A stretch of DNA of 64,000 bases from Nemertoderma westbladi (Eukaryota > Animalia > Xenacoelomorpha). Below, one piece after another: positions 1 to 11,542 of the stretch. How positions within the stretch are numbered: position 1 is the first letter of the stretch; each line of letters starts with the position of its first letter. A program made the position numbers and the translations under genes. The notes under the pieces were generated by a model that did not search any database, had not been told where the DNA came from, and saw only the letters and a program-made list of their open reading frames with translations. The stretch covers positions 1 to 64,000 of the forward strand of contig JAUCBJ010003330.1 in NCBI GenBank assembly GCA_032718475.1. The letters are read 5' to 3'.

Positions 1-3000
1 AACTGGTAAGTGATACTAAAAACTTATTTTATTTTTTTTTTCTTATCCAACACAGTAAAGACTTTATATTATACTCATATTTTAAATAAACAGAATTGCT
101 AAGTAAAGTAAATGTAAATTATGGGTCCTACGGTAATTTATTGTTTTGTGGTCGTGGTAAGAAAAAGTGAGAATCAACACAGTTTAGTGCCACGAGAACC
201 TTGTAGTACAGCGCCGTCGACGGGCCATATTGGTAATCGGTACTTAATGTTTTTATCTGTAATATTTTAACTTTATAACTTTATCATTTGTATTTGTTAG
301 GCGCTTTTTCCCGTCTTCGACTAACGAAAGATAGTACAATGCTTTGCCATTACGGGAAAGGTGTAGGCTACAGGGGCACGTTATTTTAACCAAAACAATA
401 AACTAAAGTCAATAGTTACAGTTTTATTTTTGGGATTAATCAGCTGTTATTTGGGTTGATTTTCACCTGGAGAGGGATGAATTTTGTTTGCGTCCAGATC
501 CCCAGTTGGGTATTATTTGTTTACTTTCTCTTTCTAGTTGCTATGTAAACTAGAGAGTGATAAAAAATAGAAGAACAAATTATTATATAATAGACGAGCC
601 TCCGTGGTGTAGTGGTTAGCATACCTGAACGTTTATCGGGAGACGCGGGTTCGATCCCCGCTGGTGGCGAATTCATTTTTTCCGCTCCATTTGCTATAGA
701 GTTGGATCATCCTTAGTCCTGTTTAATTACTTAATAATATTATATATATATTATAATTATATTTAGAATGGACACTTACTTAATTGTTAATTTTAATTTA
801 TATATTATTTCAGACCGAGAGGAATTTACCCAATGGTTGTCATGGCAACCTTTTTCAGAGAATGAAGCGGAAATCAGGCGCGAAAACCGGTTTAGGTACA
901 TTTGTAAGGCGACGTATAAACCCAGTGAAGGTGTATCCGTAACATTGAGTGAAGGAAGTAGACAGTGGAGGGATTGTGCCACCGCGATTAGTTCAACATG
1001 TATAGACCCCAGTTAGTAATCATTAGTGTTTATAGAATGCTTAAGTATCAAAATGTCTATATATTTTGTTATATATTTATTTATTCAATTTTGTAATATT
1101 AACGAAATCTTGATGGTAATTCGAGGTGTTTGTTATTATATGTAGGAACTGAATCAGATTCCACGCTGTTGAGACCTCTCCACCTTCACCCCTTTTATAT
1201 TCTCTGCATTTGGCGGTGCTTCACCAACTGCCACCCAGTTCATTAGGCTAGAGTTCCTTTTGCGCAGTCGCATTTGAGATTTTGATATTAATTAATGAAA
1301 TGATGTAATTTTTGTATAGTAGGCCTAATATTACCACCGACTTCATTGCAACATTTTTCAAAACATATATTGTGTTCTAGATCATTAGCTAATCGACTAA
1401 CTAGATAATTTTTGTTTTAATTTTTTGATACATGATTTATTATATATTAGGCCCTACATTTTTTTTTAATTTCTAAAAATACTGCATTTTTTTGACTTCT
1501 AGAACATTAGTAGATATTTAGGTAAGGTTGAAACGCGTGACACGTGGTTTGGTGAGATATGATATTTTAATGAATTTCCCTTCATTTAAAAAAATATTTA
1601 AAAATAGGATCGGCATGCTGCATTGCAGCTGCATTTTTAAGAATGCTGTGCCGGCTTGTCGACAAAATTGCGCCGCCACAACTCCCTATCACCCATGACA
1701 TTTGGTAGATCATCCGCATCTTTAAGGCCAGTGTCCTTTAAGATGCGTCTCAAGAAAGTCATGGGCTGTCCACCATGCTTATTCACTCCATGAGGCTGCC
1801 AAAATACAAGATTATGCACTGGCTGGTCCTCACGGCGAAAGCAATGTCCTGCAAAGCGGAGGCGATTTTGTTTTAACAAAGCAGCTATGTGATGGGGTAA
1901 GTCCTTCAATCGCCTCAATAAAGTTTATTTTACCAAAAGTGAATGACATCCTTTTCTACATTATTGACTCCCATACACCGCTACCTGAGTTTTTATTCGA
2001 TTTAAATATTCCCGTAGCCCATTTTATGATACTGATACCCCTAACAACCCGATCCACCTTTACTCCAAGTGTCCCTCGGGTCGGTCTGTCGGTCTTGGTA
2101 TCTTTAATAACTGGTCATTATTTCCAAATTCCCGATGCCTCTCTGCTGGTAACCAACTCATTTGTCTCGATATTGTTTTCATATTTTTTACAGCTGAAAA
2201 TCCAACCACGCTGTGGAGTGACTGGTTGCCATGGAGCTCGTGTAGTTCTACGTGTGGGATGGCCAACAGGTTTCGGTCCCGCCATTGTGTCAAATTCAGT
2301 GACCAATCAGGTGATTGCATCGGTGATCACCAGGAAACCAAACAATGTGAACTAGATGGTTGTCAAGGTAATAATAATAAATAAAGTTATTCAGTCATAT
2401 TACTTAACTCTTAACGGTCTCCCCGAATTAACCGATTCGATAGACGGTTAATTCGGTCAAATTAATAATAATAAATAAATAATATAATAATATATTTCGC
2501 CTTTTTGTATTTCAGTTGCCGGTTCCTGGGGATGTTGGTCTGAGTGGAGCAGCTGTTCCGTAGACTGTGGGGACGGCCTAAGAAAACGAACTCGCGTTTG
2601 CAGTTTCCCAGCTGGAACACAAGGTGGCGCTGAATGTGACGGCCAATCGGTGGACCAGGAGCAGTGTAAAATCCGGAGTTGTGAAGGTTGGTCATAAATG
2701 TGATCGTTGGTTGGAGATTACAAAATAATTATTATGTGGCAAAAAGTTAAGTAGAGTTTTCTTCCGCCGTTTTTTTACGCACAAAGACTGCCGACTTATT
2801 TCTAGAGCGGTCGCAGTCCATCCAGAATTTAAGAGATGCGCTCTGGCTAGTCCCTTTTTCGTGCCGAGACGGAAATCCGGCCCATGTGAAGTGACTTTCT
2901 GCTCTATATTTCTCTTCGCAGTTTCTATCTATAATCGGCCTGCTGCACATTGAGATGCTATGCCAGCTTATTTTGTCACCAGCATGAATCTACAATGGAG

Positions 3001-6000
3001 GAGCCCCATGCAGCGTGCATTTAGAATGGAATGCCGGCTTATCAACAAAGACGCACTGCATATGAAAGTATGCTGAACATACGTGAGCGAGAGACTGAAT
3101 CAAAGGCCTTGAAGAAGTCAACATAGATAACAGCCAGATGCCTGTCTTTCATTTTTGATAACTCTTCAATTATCCTTCTAAGTGCCAAAATGGGCTCCAT
3201 GGTCCCACGACCTTTACGGAACCCATTCTGATTTCCACGGAGCAGTCTCTCAATGGGATCTCTGTTGCGATTTAATATAATTCTATTGTATAGCTTTGCA
3301 GCAATCGAGATCAATGAGTTTCCCCGAAAAGAACCATAGAGTGTTAGGTTGCCCTTCTTGGGAACTGGCACCAACTTATTTGTTTTCATTTCTTGTGGGA
3401 CTCTTGTCGCTCTGTACAATCTACCGATTCAATATACCAGAATATAATAACAGCCCACAAGGAATCAGCTAAGAGGCATATCCCCCAGAAACCTAAACGA
3501 AAACAGTATGTGCCATGGCAAAACTCTGAGGTTACTTGTAAGAGAGAAGATCTTAAGATAGCCTACAAAGTTAAAACCGAACAACCAACAACTGAAAACA
3601 TTAACAAGGTTGAGAAAGCTAAGGACGATCTTAAATTGGCCTACAACATCAGCCAGGAAAAGTACATACAGGATAAAACTGAAGCAATTACAACTGCTCA
3701 CATACAGCAACAATCAAGACTTACCTGGCAAACTGTAAATGAGGTATCTGGTCGGGAAAAGTTGTGCAAAGGGGCGCCTCAAAGCCGATAGTCCTGAAGA
3801 ACGTGTTGGGAAGTGGAAAAATCATTTCAGCAACTTGCTTGGGCAGACACCAAACATCGAGGTCAGCCCTACAAGGAAAATATATGACAAGACACTACCT
3901 ATAGAAACAGGGGACTTCACACCTGCCGAACTCCAAAGAAGCATTAAAAGCATGTCCAATAATAAAGCGAGTGGATTAGATGAAATCCCAGCGGAGGTAT
4001 GGAAAACCGGAGTGCTAAACAGACCATTATTGAATGTTTGCAACCGGATGTTAAAAGGGGGAAAGCCACCACCAAATTGGACTAAAGGTCAACTAAAACC
4101 TCTCCCCAAGAAAGGAGACCTCGGCATACCAACAAACTATCGTGGGATTTGTCTGCTTGTGGTAGCTGCCAAATATACAATAAAATGATTCTATATAGGA
4201 TTAGGCCTCACATAGAGAAACTACTGCGTAAGAGCCAAAACGGATTTCGACCAAGTAGATCAACAATAGCTCAGATACTTGCACTACGGGGACTGATTGA
4301 AGGAATTAAGTCAAAGAATCTCCCCGCAGTCATGACTTTTGTGGACTTCAAGAAGGCATTCGACTCCATCCATAGAGGTAAAATGCTTGAAATCCTAAGA
4401 GCTTATGGAATACCAGAAGTAATTGTTGCTGGCATTGGATTGTTATATTGTGACACAGACACAGAAGCCTCACCAGATGGTGAAACTGAGTTTTTCTCAA
4501 TCCTGGCTGGCGTGCTGCAAGGTGACACATTAGCACCATTACTATTTGTAATTGTGCTGGATTACGCAATGAGGACGGCCACAAAGGGTGAAGATCTGGG
4601 AATCACACTTCAAGAACGCAGAAGTAGTAGATATCCGGCAACTACAGTCACAGGCACCGACTTTGCGGATGACATCGCCCTGCTCTCTAATACGCTAGCA
4701 GATGCACAGCTTCTACTAAATAAACTGGAGAGGGCTGCTAAGGAGGTTGGATTGCATATAAATGCTACAAAGACCGAATTCATGACCTTTAATGTTGATG
4801 GGAACTTGACAACCATTGATAATAATCAACTAAGGAAGGTCGATGACTTCCAGTACCTTGGATCATGGATAGAGAGTAGCAAAAAGGACATAGAAGTTAG
4901 GAAAGCAAAGGCTTGGGTAGCTCTATCAAAAATGGATACCATCTGGAAATCAGATCTCTCCAGGCACCTGGAGACTAAGTTCTTTCGAGCCACAGTGGAA
5001 AGTGTATTTTTATACGGGGGTGAGACCTGGACACTAACTAAATCACTTGAACAACGAATTGATGGTTGCTACACAAGACTACTAAGGGCAGCCCTAAACA
5101 TCAGCTGGAGACAACACATGACAAACGCCGAGCTTTATGGAACAATACCACCTGTATCAACCACCCTCCGTGAACGCAGATTAAGATTCAGTGGGCACTG
5201 CTGGCGAAGTAAAGACGAGGTCATACCAGATCTACATCTCTGGCAACCAACTCATGGAAAGCGTAGTCGTGGACGACCGGCCATAACATATATAGATCAA
5301 CTTGAAAGGGATACTGAACTTGGGAGAAACGAAATTGCGACAACTATGGAGAATCGGGAAGCCTGGAAGGATCTCATTTCCACTGTCCGAGTTCGCTCGA
5401 CGTAGTAGTAGTACATGTCTGGTAAAGGAATGGACGAAAGTGTAGTAAGGAAAGGTAACCAGAGGATACGTTTTTTATATCGTCATGCTAATGTACTTGA
5501 CTCGGGACGATATAAAGTACACCATAAGGAAGGCTTATATTATTATAAAATCTCGCGTAGAGCTCAACTATATATCGGACCACCAATCCTGTGAACTGAT
5601 GATCTATGTAATGTGTTTTCCTATATTTTCTTTGTCTTTCAGATGAAATGCAGTGGAGTTCCTGGTCGCCTTGGAGTAACTGCGTCTCTAAGCCAATCAC
5701 AATGCGGGGCCGATCTTGCAAAGCAGAGCTTATTGGTAGCGGCGATTGCTATGGTAACAATAATGAATGGAAAGATTGTAAGTCCCAAGGTCAGTTGATT
5801 GATTACACGTGGCACTATCGCCGCCATAAATATTGGAGAGGCTCCAGATGTGTATTTAGTGGGATTGAAAATTAATTTAATGCAATTTAAATCATTAAAG
5901 GAAAGGTTCAGGTTACAGTGGCAGTGTTTTCTAACCAAAACAATAAACGAGACTTTATTTCTCTTGCGGTTAATTTGCGTCACTGTCTGAAATTGAGGCT

Positions 6001-7191
6001 ACAAATAATCTCTTTCTGACCAATTCACCCTCAAGCATCAGTTAATTTATAGAATTTCAAGAGTTTATTTAGAAACAATGTTGTAAAATTTTCATTAATT
6101 CTACTTCTTAGTCTTTAACTGCGGCTTCTTTATTTTAGGTATTGCTGAACAATCGTCTAGAGACAATACCGGAATGGGTATTTATTCATTCGCCTATGTA
6201 ATTGCTGCAGCTTTAGGGGGGATTCTCTTGAGTTGCCTCGTAACAACGATGTTCTTCGTTTGTTATATGAGGCATAGAGAACGGCGGGGTAATGAGAGTA
6301 CCTCGTCTTCTAACAAAACTCGATCGCCAAGGTCACCATTCTATGCTTCCATGTAAGTAAATCCTATGTTAGTAACCCTTTAGAGCCTGCTACCTCAAAA
6401 GGTTTCAGTCTCTAGAGGAGTGGCGGCCTGAAAGAGTCCATCCAAAGATCGTCTTTTCCCATTATATAATTATTATTAGGATTTAACCTAGCCTGTGGCC
6501 CATAGAAACAGTCCAGACAAAATCAAAACACTATAATGAAATTAATTAGTTAATTATGTAAGTAGCACAGCTCAAAATATTAATTGTATTTAAGAAATAA
6601 ACAAAAAAAAACCCTAAAATACTAAATTATGTATTTAGACATTTCCTGAACACATGACCATAATATAAAAAAAGATACTACTGTACATGGCGCCAGAAGA
6701 AATACGAAGGGGAAAGTCGGTTGGGCGGACAGCTGCGGGGTCAGGGTCCGCAAGATCTATTGTAAGCCAATCGATGGCGTTAAGATGCTGTGGCCCCAGG
6801 GGAAACAGGTAGTGTCGTGCACACGTGACCTCTATGGACACGAGATTGGATTAATGTCAACTTATACTCGTTGAGATCAAAAGATTGTCGGTAATCTGTG
6901 TTCATTTATTGCAGTCTATGAGATTGTATTGTTTGTTACCTTTTTAGCTCCAGTGCAATCCCATCGTACTACGGCTCTCGCTCCGAGGACACTCCCCCCT
7001 CCCCCTACACCGCGGACAACATCGACCCTTTCGGGTTCTACAGTCTGGATCGCGCCCATTCGCGAACAAAGGACAGAGAGATCGCCGCGGTGAGACGGGA
7101 CATTCAAAAACTAACCGAGCAGGACACAGTTGTAGCCGAGGAGGAAGGCGAGGTGTTCTACTTCCCTCCGGCAGACGGAGGAGTCAGATGA
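1..7191 (+). CDS. SEMA5: Semaphorin-5-like transmembrane protein, 3' part (TSP1 repeats, TM helix, cytoplasmic tail); 5' end lies outside the window
   Basis: Phase-consistent GT-AG exons <1-5, 814-1011, 2194-2367, 2516-2686, 5643-5789, 6139-6352, 6948-7191. They encode FTQWLSWQP...ENRFRYICKA (like the Sema5 TPWTPW...EQRFRYTCKA repeat), WSDWLPWSSCSSTCG, GSWGCWSEWSSCSVDCG..RKRTRVC and QWSSWSPWSNC, then TM segment YVIAAALGGILLSCLVTTMFFVCY and a tail ending GGVR*. AATAAA near 7353. Confidence 0.8.
598..680 (+). mobile_element. tRNA-derived SINE head or tRNA pseudogene (Asn-like GTT loop, non-canonical)
   Basis: A box TGGTGTAGTGG, B box GGTTCGATCC, cloverleaf with a mismatched acceptor stem, anticodon loop ACGTTTA lacking U33, followed by a T-run; a related partial copy lies at 30542-30575. 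Confidence 0.6.
1608..1918 (-). mobile_element. RTE-clade LINE 3' end fragment (family A)
   Basis: ORF 1637-1918 has RLRFAGHCFRR...LVFWQP..G...DRELWR, the typical RTE C-terminus; its 3' UTR is shared with copies at ~2932-3050, 9037-9172 and 22870-23120. Confidence 0.85.
2750..2895 (-). mobile_element. Degenerate SINE fragment, same family as 14568-14820
   Basis: Shares ordered blocks GTTTTCTTC..CCGT, TTTCTAG.GCGGTC, GCTAGTCCCTTT, CGA.AC.GAAAT and GGCCC.TGTG with 14568-14760. Confidence 0.5.
2932..3392 (-). mobile_element. RTE family A fragment, internally deleted (RT N-terminal part fused to the 3' end)
   Basis: LVPVPKKGNL...QNGFRKGR...YVDFFKAFDSV runs directly into the family A terminal sequence (TGCCGGCTT.TC.ACAAA...ATCGGC.TGCTGCA). 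Confidence 0.8.
3393..5412 (+). mobile_element. 5'-truncated RTE-clade LINE (family B), frameshifted RT, inside a Sema5 intron
   Basis: ORFs 3393-3791, 3739-4188 and 4149-5405 contain KASGLDEIP, PKKGD, NYRGI, QNGFRPSRST, DFKKAFDSI, GVLQGDTLAP, FADD, FQYLG and RLRFSGHC; (TAG)n tail at 5403-5412. Confidence 0.92.
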
Positions 7192-7659
7192 ACTGACCAA
7201 TCACGAGGAATAATTATTTAAATTTATCGACCTGCCCCGGAAAGCTAAATATTTATGTCAGTTATCAGAGGAATGGATCAACAAACGCCAATAACGAGAA
7301 CAAATCACGTCAACAAACCAACAATCATTCGATACACGAATAATCTAAACTCAATAAACTGACTATTGTAACTGTTTAATAATCGTATGATACAGTAGCT
7401 TTTTGGTGCGTTTTAAAGTTGTTAATGTGCTTACATATTCATTTTTAATGAACGATTTGTTGGATATTTTTATATTCTATATATTTATTCAGATTCAGAT
7501 ATTCGAGGAATTATGAAAGATTGATGATGGAGGGTGGGGGGGGGGGGGGGTGGTGTAGGCGAATAAATTATATAATTTAATAATAATAATATGTGAATTG
7601 TTGTGGGGTGAGTGGCGGTGAATTAAGTATATTATAATGTAATATGTGAATAGGATAAA

Positions 7660-8322
7660 GCCCTCCATAGCGAAAAATATCAACCGGCCCTATTGGGGCT
7701 CAAACATAGGTGTCAAACTTCCGGTTATCTTCAGCTGAGTGTGTGTACTGAACTATACCAGATCGGATGGAGATTTCGCTATGGAGTGGGATATCATATT
7801 TAGGTCAACTAATCACTCAAAGGAAAGTACAACGTTATTCCCGTGCTCTGCCAGAAATGGAAACCAGGCCTCAAAAAATAATAACTATTTACACAGTGTT
7901 GTAGGAACCACTGTAACCCCGTATGCCTGGCCCAGGCTGTTAATTAATAATAATAATACATGAATTGTTGTGGGGTGAGTGACGGTTAATTGAGTATATA
8001 ATGTAATAGGTACAGTAATAATAATGTAATATTATTAATCAACAGCCTGGGCCAGGCATACGGGGTTACAGTGGTTTCTACAACACTGTATAATAGTTAT
8101 TCTTTGAGGCCTGGTTGCCATTTCTGGCAGAGCACGGGAATAACGTTGTTCTTTCCTTTGAGTGATTAGTTGGCCTAAATATGATCTCCCACTCCATAGC
8201 GAAATATTCATCCGGTCTGGTAGCTCAGTACAGTCTCCCGGCTGATGATAACCAGAAGTTTGAAACCTAGGAACCAGGTTCGAGCCCCAATAGGGTCGGT
8301 TGATATTTTTCGCTATGGAGAG
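7660..8322. repeat. Inverted pair of a ~290-bp repeat (7660-7945 and 8035-8322) containing a tRNA-like module
   Basis: The two segments are reverse complements. Each contains a TAGCTCAGT A-box-like and GGTTCGAGCC B-box-like module bracketed by CTCCATAGCGAAA/TTTCGCTATGGAG. Confidence 0.8.
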
Positions 8323-8447
8323 CATTATCATATTGTCCAATTACATTATAATATAATTATATATCTCTATTTGATCTGGGGTTTGAGTAGCACCTGTACG
8401 GAACCGTATTATGTAGGTCCAGACGAACTTCTCCGACAGTATGGCGG

Positions 8448-8743
8448 TTAAGCATCATTTTCGTTAGCAAAAGTTTTATAAAAATTCCCAATAGTTATAT
8501 AAAAATTCATAAAATTGATATAAAAATTCATAAAAGTTATATAAAATTCATAAAATTTATATAAAAATTCATAAAAGCTGTATAGAATGTCAAGAAAATA
8601 TTCTAGAACACATAATAATAGGATAGGATAACATATGTATACTTCTACAAATATACTTTAAAACTTTTATATAGTTTTTCGAAATTTTTATATAACTTTT
8701 GGGAATTTTTATACAACTTTTGCTAACGAAAATGGAGCTTTAA
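8448..8743. mobile_element. MITE with ~60-bp TIRs and TTAA flanks (Kolobok-like)
   Basis: Left CATTTTCGTTAGCAAAAGTTTTATAAAAATTCCCAA versus right TTGGGAATTTTTATACAACTTTTGCTAACGAAAATG; TTAA on both sides; internal ~20-bp tandem repeats. Confidence 0.7.
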
Positions 8744-9036
8744 TTAATTATTGATTACCTGGGGAGTAGACACTAGTAGCGTAACATAACTAAACCATTA
8801 TTTGATATATAAAATGAACACGTTTAAAAATAGAATAAATGTTGGAGCGCAAAAGCTGACTTAAAAAGTATCACCCTATTGAGTACAAACAAAGTATCAG
8901 CATCAGCAGTTCTGGAATATTTGAACAGCTGACGGAATGAATTAAGGAGATATTTAGAACTAGCAAACGTACGGTACTTCACATATTTTATCTTTATTAT
9001 TGATATATCATTTGATATTATTGATGAACTACTACA

Positions 9037-9172
9037 ATCGGCATGCTGCATTTCAGCTGCATTATATATATATTATATAAATATTAAGAATGATGTGCCG
9101 GCTTGTCGACAAAATTGCGCCGCCACAACTCCCTACCACCCATGACAATTGCTAGATCATCCGCATCTTCAA
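9037..9172 (-). mobile_element. RTE family A 3' end fragment
   Basis: Near-identical to 1608-1725. Confidence 0.8.
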
Positions 9173-9174
9173 GG

Positions 9175-9945
9175 TCAGTTTGTACGGTGGCTCATTGCGG
9201 CCAGTTTGTACGGTGGCTCATTGCGGCCAGTTTGTACGGTGGCTCATTGCGGTGGCTCATTGCGGCCAGTTTGTACGGTGGCTCATTGCGGCCAGGTTCT
9301 ACGGTGGCTTATTGCGGCCAGTTTGTACGGTGGCTCATTGCGGCCAGTTTGTACGGTGGCTCATTGCGGCCAGTTTGTACGGTGGCTCATTGCGGCCAGT
9401 TTGTACGGTGGCTCATTGCGGCCAGTTTGTACGGTGGCTCATAGCGGCCAGTTTCTACGGTGGCTCATTGCGGTGGCTCATTGTGGCCAGTTTGTACGGT
9501 GGCTCATTGCGGCCAGTTTGTACGGTGGCTCATAGCGGCCAGTTTGTACGGTGGCTCATTGCGGTGGCTCATTGTGGCCAGTTTGTACGGTGGCTCATTG
9601 CGGCCAGTTTGTACGGTGGCTCATTGTGGCCAGTTTGTACGGTGGCTCATTGTGGCCTGTTTGTACGGTGGCTCATTGCGGCCAGTTTGACGGTGGCTCA
9701 TTGCGGTGGCTCATTGCGGTCAGTTTGTACGGTGGCTCATTGCGGCCAGTTTGTACGGTGGCTCATAGCGGCCAGTTTGTACGGTGGCTCATTGCGGCCA
9801 GTTTGTACGGTGGCTCATAGCGACCAGTTTGAACGGTGGCTCATTGCGGTGGCTCATTACGGTGGCTCATTATGGTGGCTCATTACGGTGGCTCATTGTT
9901 GTGGCTCATTGCGGTGGCTCATTACCGTGGCTCATTGCGGCCACT
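9175..9945. repeat. 26-bp minisatellite (CCAGTTTGTACGGTGGCTCATTGCGG)n built from 13-bp subunits
   Basis: Direct 26-bp period with interspersed single CGGTGGCTCATTG units; the array becomes a pure 13-mer toward 9835-9940. Confidence 0.95.
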
Positions 9946-11542
9946 TTGAAACTTGTTGCTGGGCTCCTCACACACAGAAACTTGTTGCAGTAACATGTTG
10001 CTGGACTCCTCAAACACAGAAACAAGTTGCAAAAACAAGGTGCTACGTCTGAGGGTGCCTAAAACGTTAATTAAGCGCCAGCTTCAGACTACAAAGGTAT
10101 CACTTTAATTAGATACCTATTTACACTTCACAGCACTTTAACACAAGACCATCATAAAGTGCATTAAGCTAACCAACACTGCACTAAGCCTATCTAAAGT
10201 CCAATTTAAAATCCGGATGCCATCTCTTCGGCTCTATCAAGTTTAGAGTATTTACGTAATACGTAAATCATATACAGTAGTAAAGCAACAATAGATTTAC
10301 GAGGAAATAATTAGATTATTATTAAATAAACTTCCACGGGGGGTACCACCTTCTACCTCACATCCCACTGAGGCTACAGCCAATAATAGCAGTATTCTTT
10401 TGGTCAAACGGAAGCAAATGGGAAATTGCTGGCAATGGTAATGGCAATGATAATGTTCTATTATAGTCCAGCTCAATTTTCTATAATTCGTATAATGTGT
10501 TCAGGTTTTCCTGTCAATAAGGGGGGGGGGGGGGGGGGGGGGGGCGGTCAATCCCCCACCCACTGGCCCTGCCTACGCCACTACTGCACAGATGAATTTC
10601 GTGTCTATCTGTAGAGATCTTCAATAGTATCTGTATGTTGTTGTTGGCGGTGTCATGGAAACCTTTCGTATTCTGCCTTTTGTATGGCTGATCCCATGGT
10701 TACTGTCAGCTGACGTATGTTTTCTGCAATATAGTTGGTAACAGTGCTGATCTGCATGTGTACCGGTACCTTCTTGTACGAGTAAGAGGTATTATGCCAG
10801 CGGAATTTAGTTTCATAACAAGCCCTAGGCTTTTGCTTTACATTAGGCAATGCCTCATTGTAGGCCTATAATCAGATCAGACAGCTATATTTATTTGTAT
10901 TCTACAGGCTGACAGGTGCAGATTTTTTTTATTTAATTATTATATAGCCTAGTCTCGGTCTCAGTCTCCAGTCTGTGACTCAATTAAATTACAACAATAT
11001 TTTAATAGTACCGTACACGTAGGCCTACGTAGGAGAACTGAATAAAGCAGGGTTTTCGCTGAGTATAAATACATCTCAATATTTGCTATAACAATATTTT
11101 GATTTCCCGAATATATGGGATTATATACTACCTCTATGTGATCGAGGAATAGTTTACCTTCCAACAAGATAACTTGATAACCGTACAATGTCTGCCGGTG
11201 CGTACACGCGAAAGTCAAGTGAGACAAGGTAAGATTTACAATATTTATATCAGCATAGACTTTACGATAGGTACTCCAGGCCCAGGAGCAGGCTTCCACA
11301 AAATTTGAAACCTTCCGGAAACCACAACTTAAAAACTTAAAAACAATTTTTTATATGGCCACTTACATTTTTTTTTACATATTAATTAAATAATCAATCA
11401 ATTTCTATACAGCTAATAATATTAAACCATTTCAATTCGCCTTATCCCGCTCTAACAAATCTGAACTGCGATGGCATTTGAATGCTAGTTTATCGAATCA
11501 ACTTTTTTGTGTATAACATTAGGGTTTTCTTTATCCATAAGG

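Noticed and set aside
598-670. Functional tRNA-Asn gene
   Set aside because: Acceptor mismatch, no U33, and related degenerate copies elsewhere indicate a SINE or pseudogene.
836-849. X-box GTTGTCATGGCAAC
   Set aside because: Lies within a Sema5 coding exon (WLSWQP); probably coincidental.
6990-7010. Suspected frameshift in the C-run of the last Sema5 exon
   Set aside because: Recounting gives an open frame (TPPSPYTADN) through to TGA 7191.
9175-9945. CRISPR-like array or coding ORFs in all three frames
   Set aside because: No unique spacers; the ORFs arise from a stop-free tandem repeat in a eukaryotic context.
10653-10850. Possible Penelope GIY-YIG remnant on the minus strand
   Set aside because: Resemblance too weak to support without a search.
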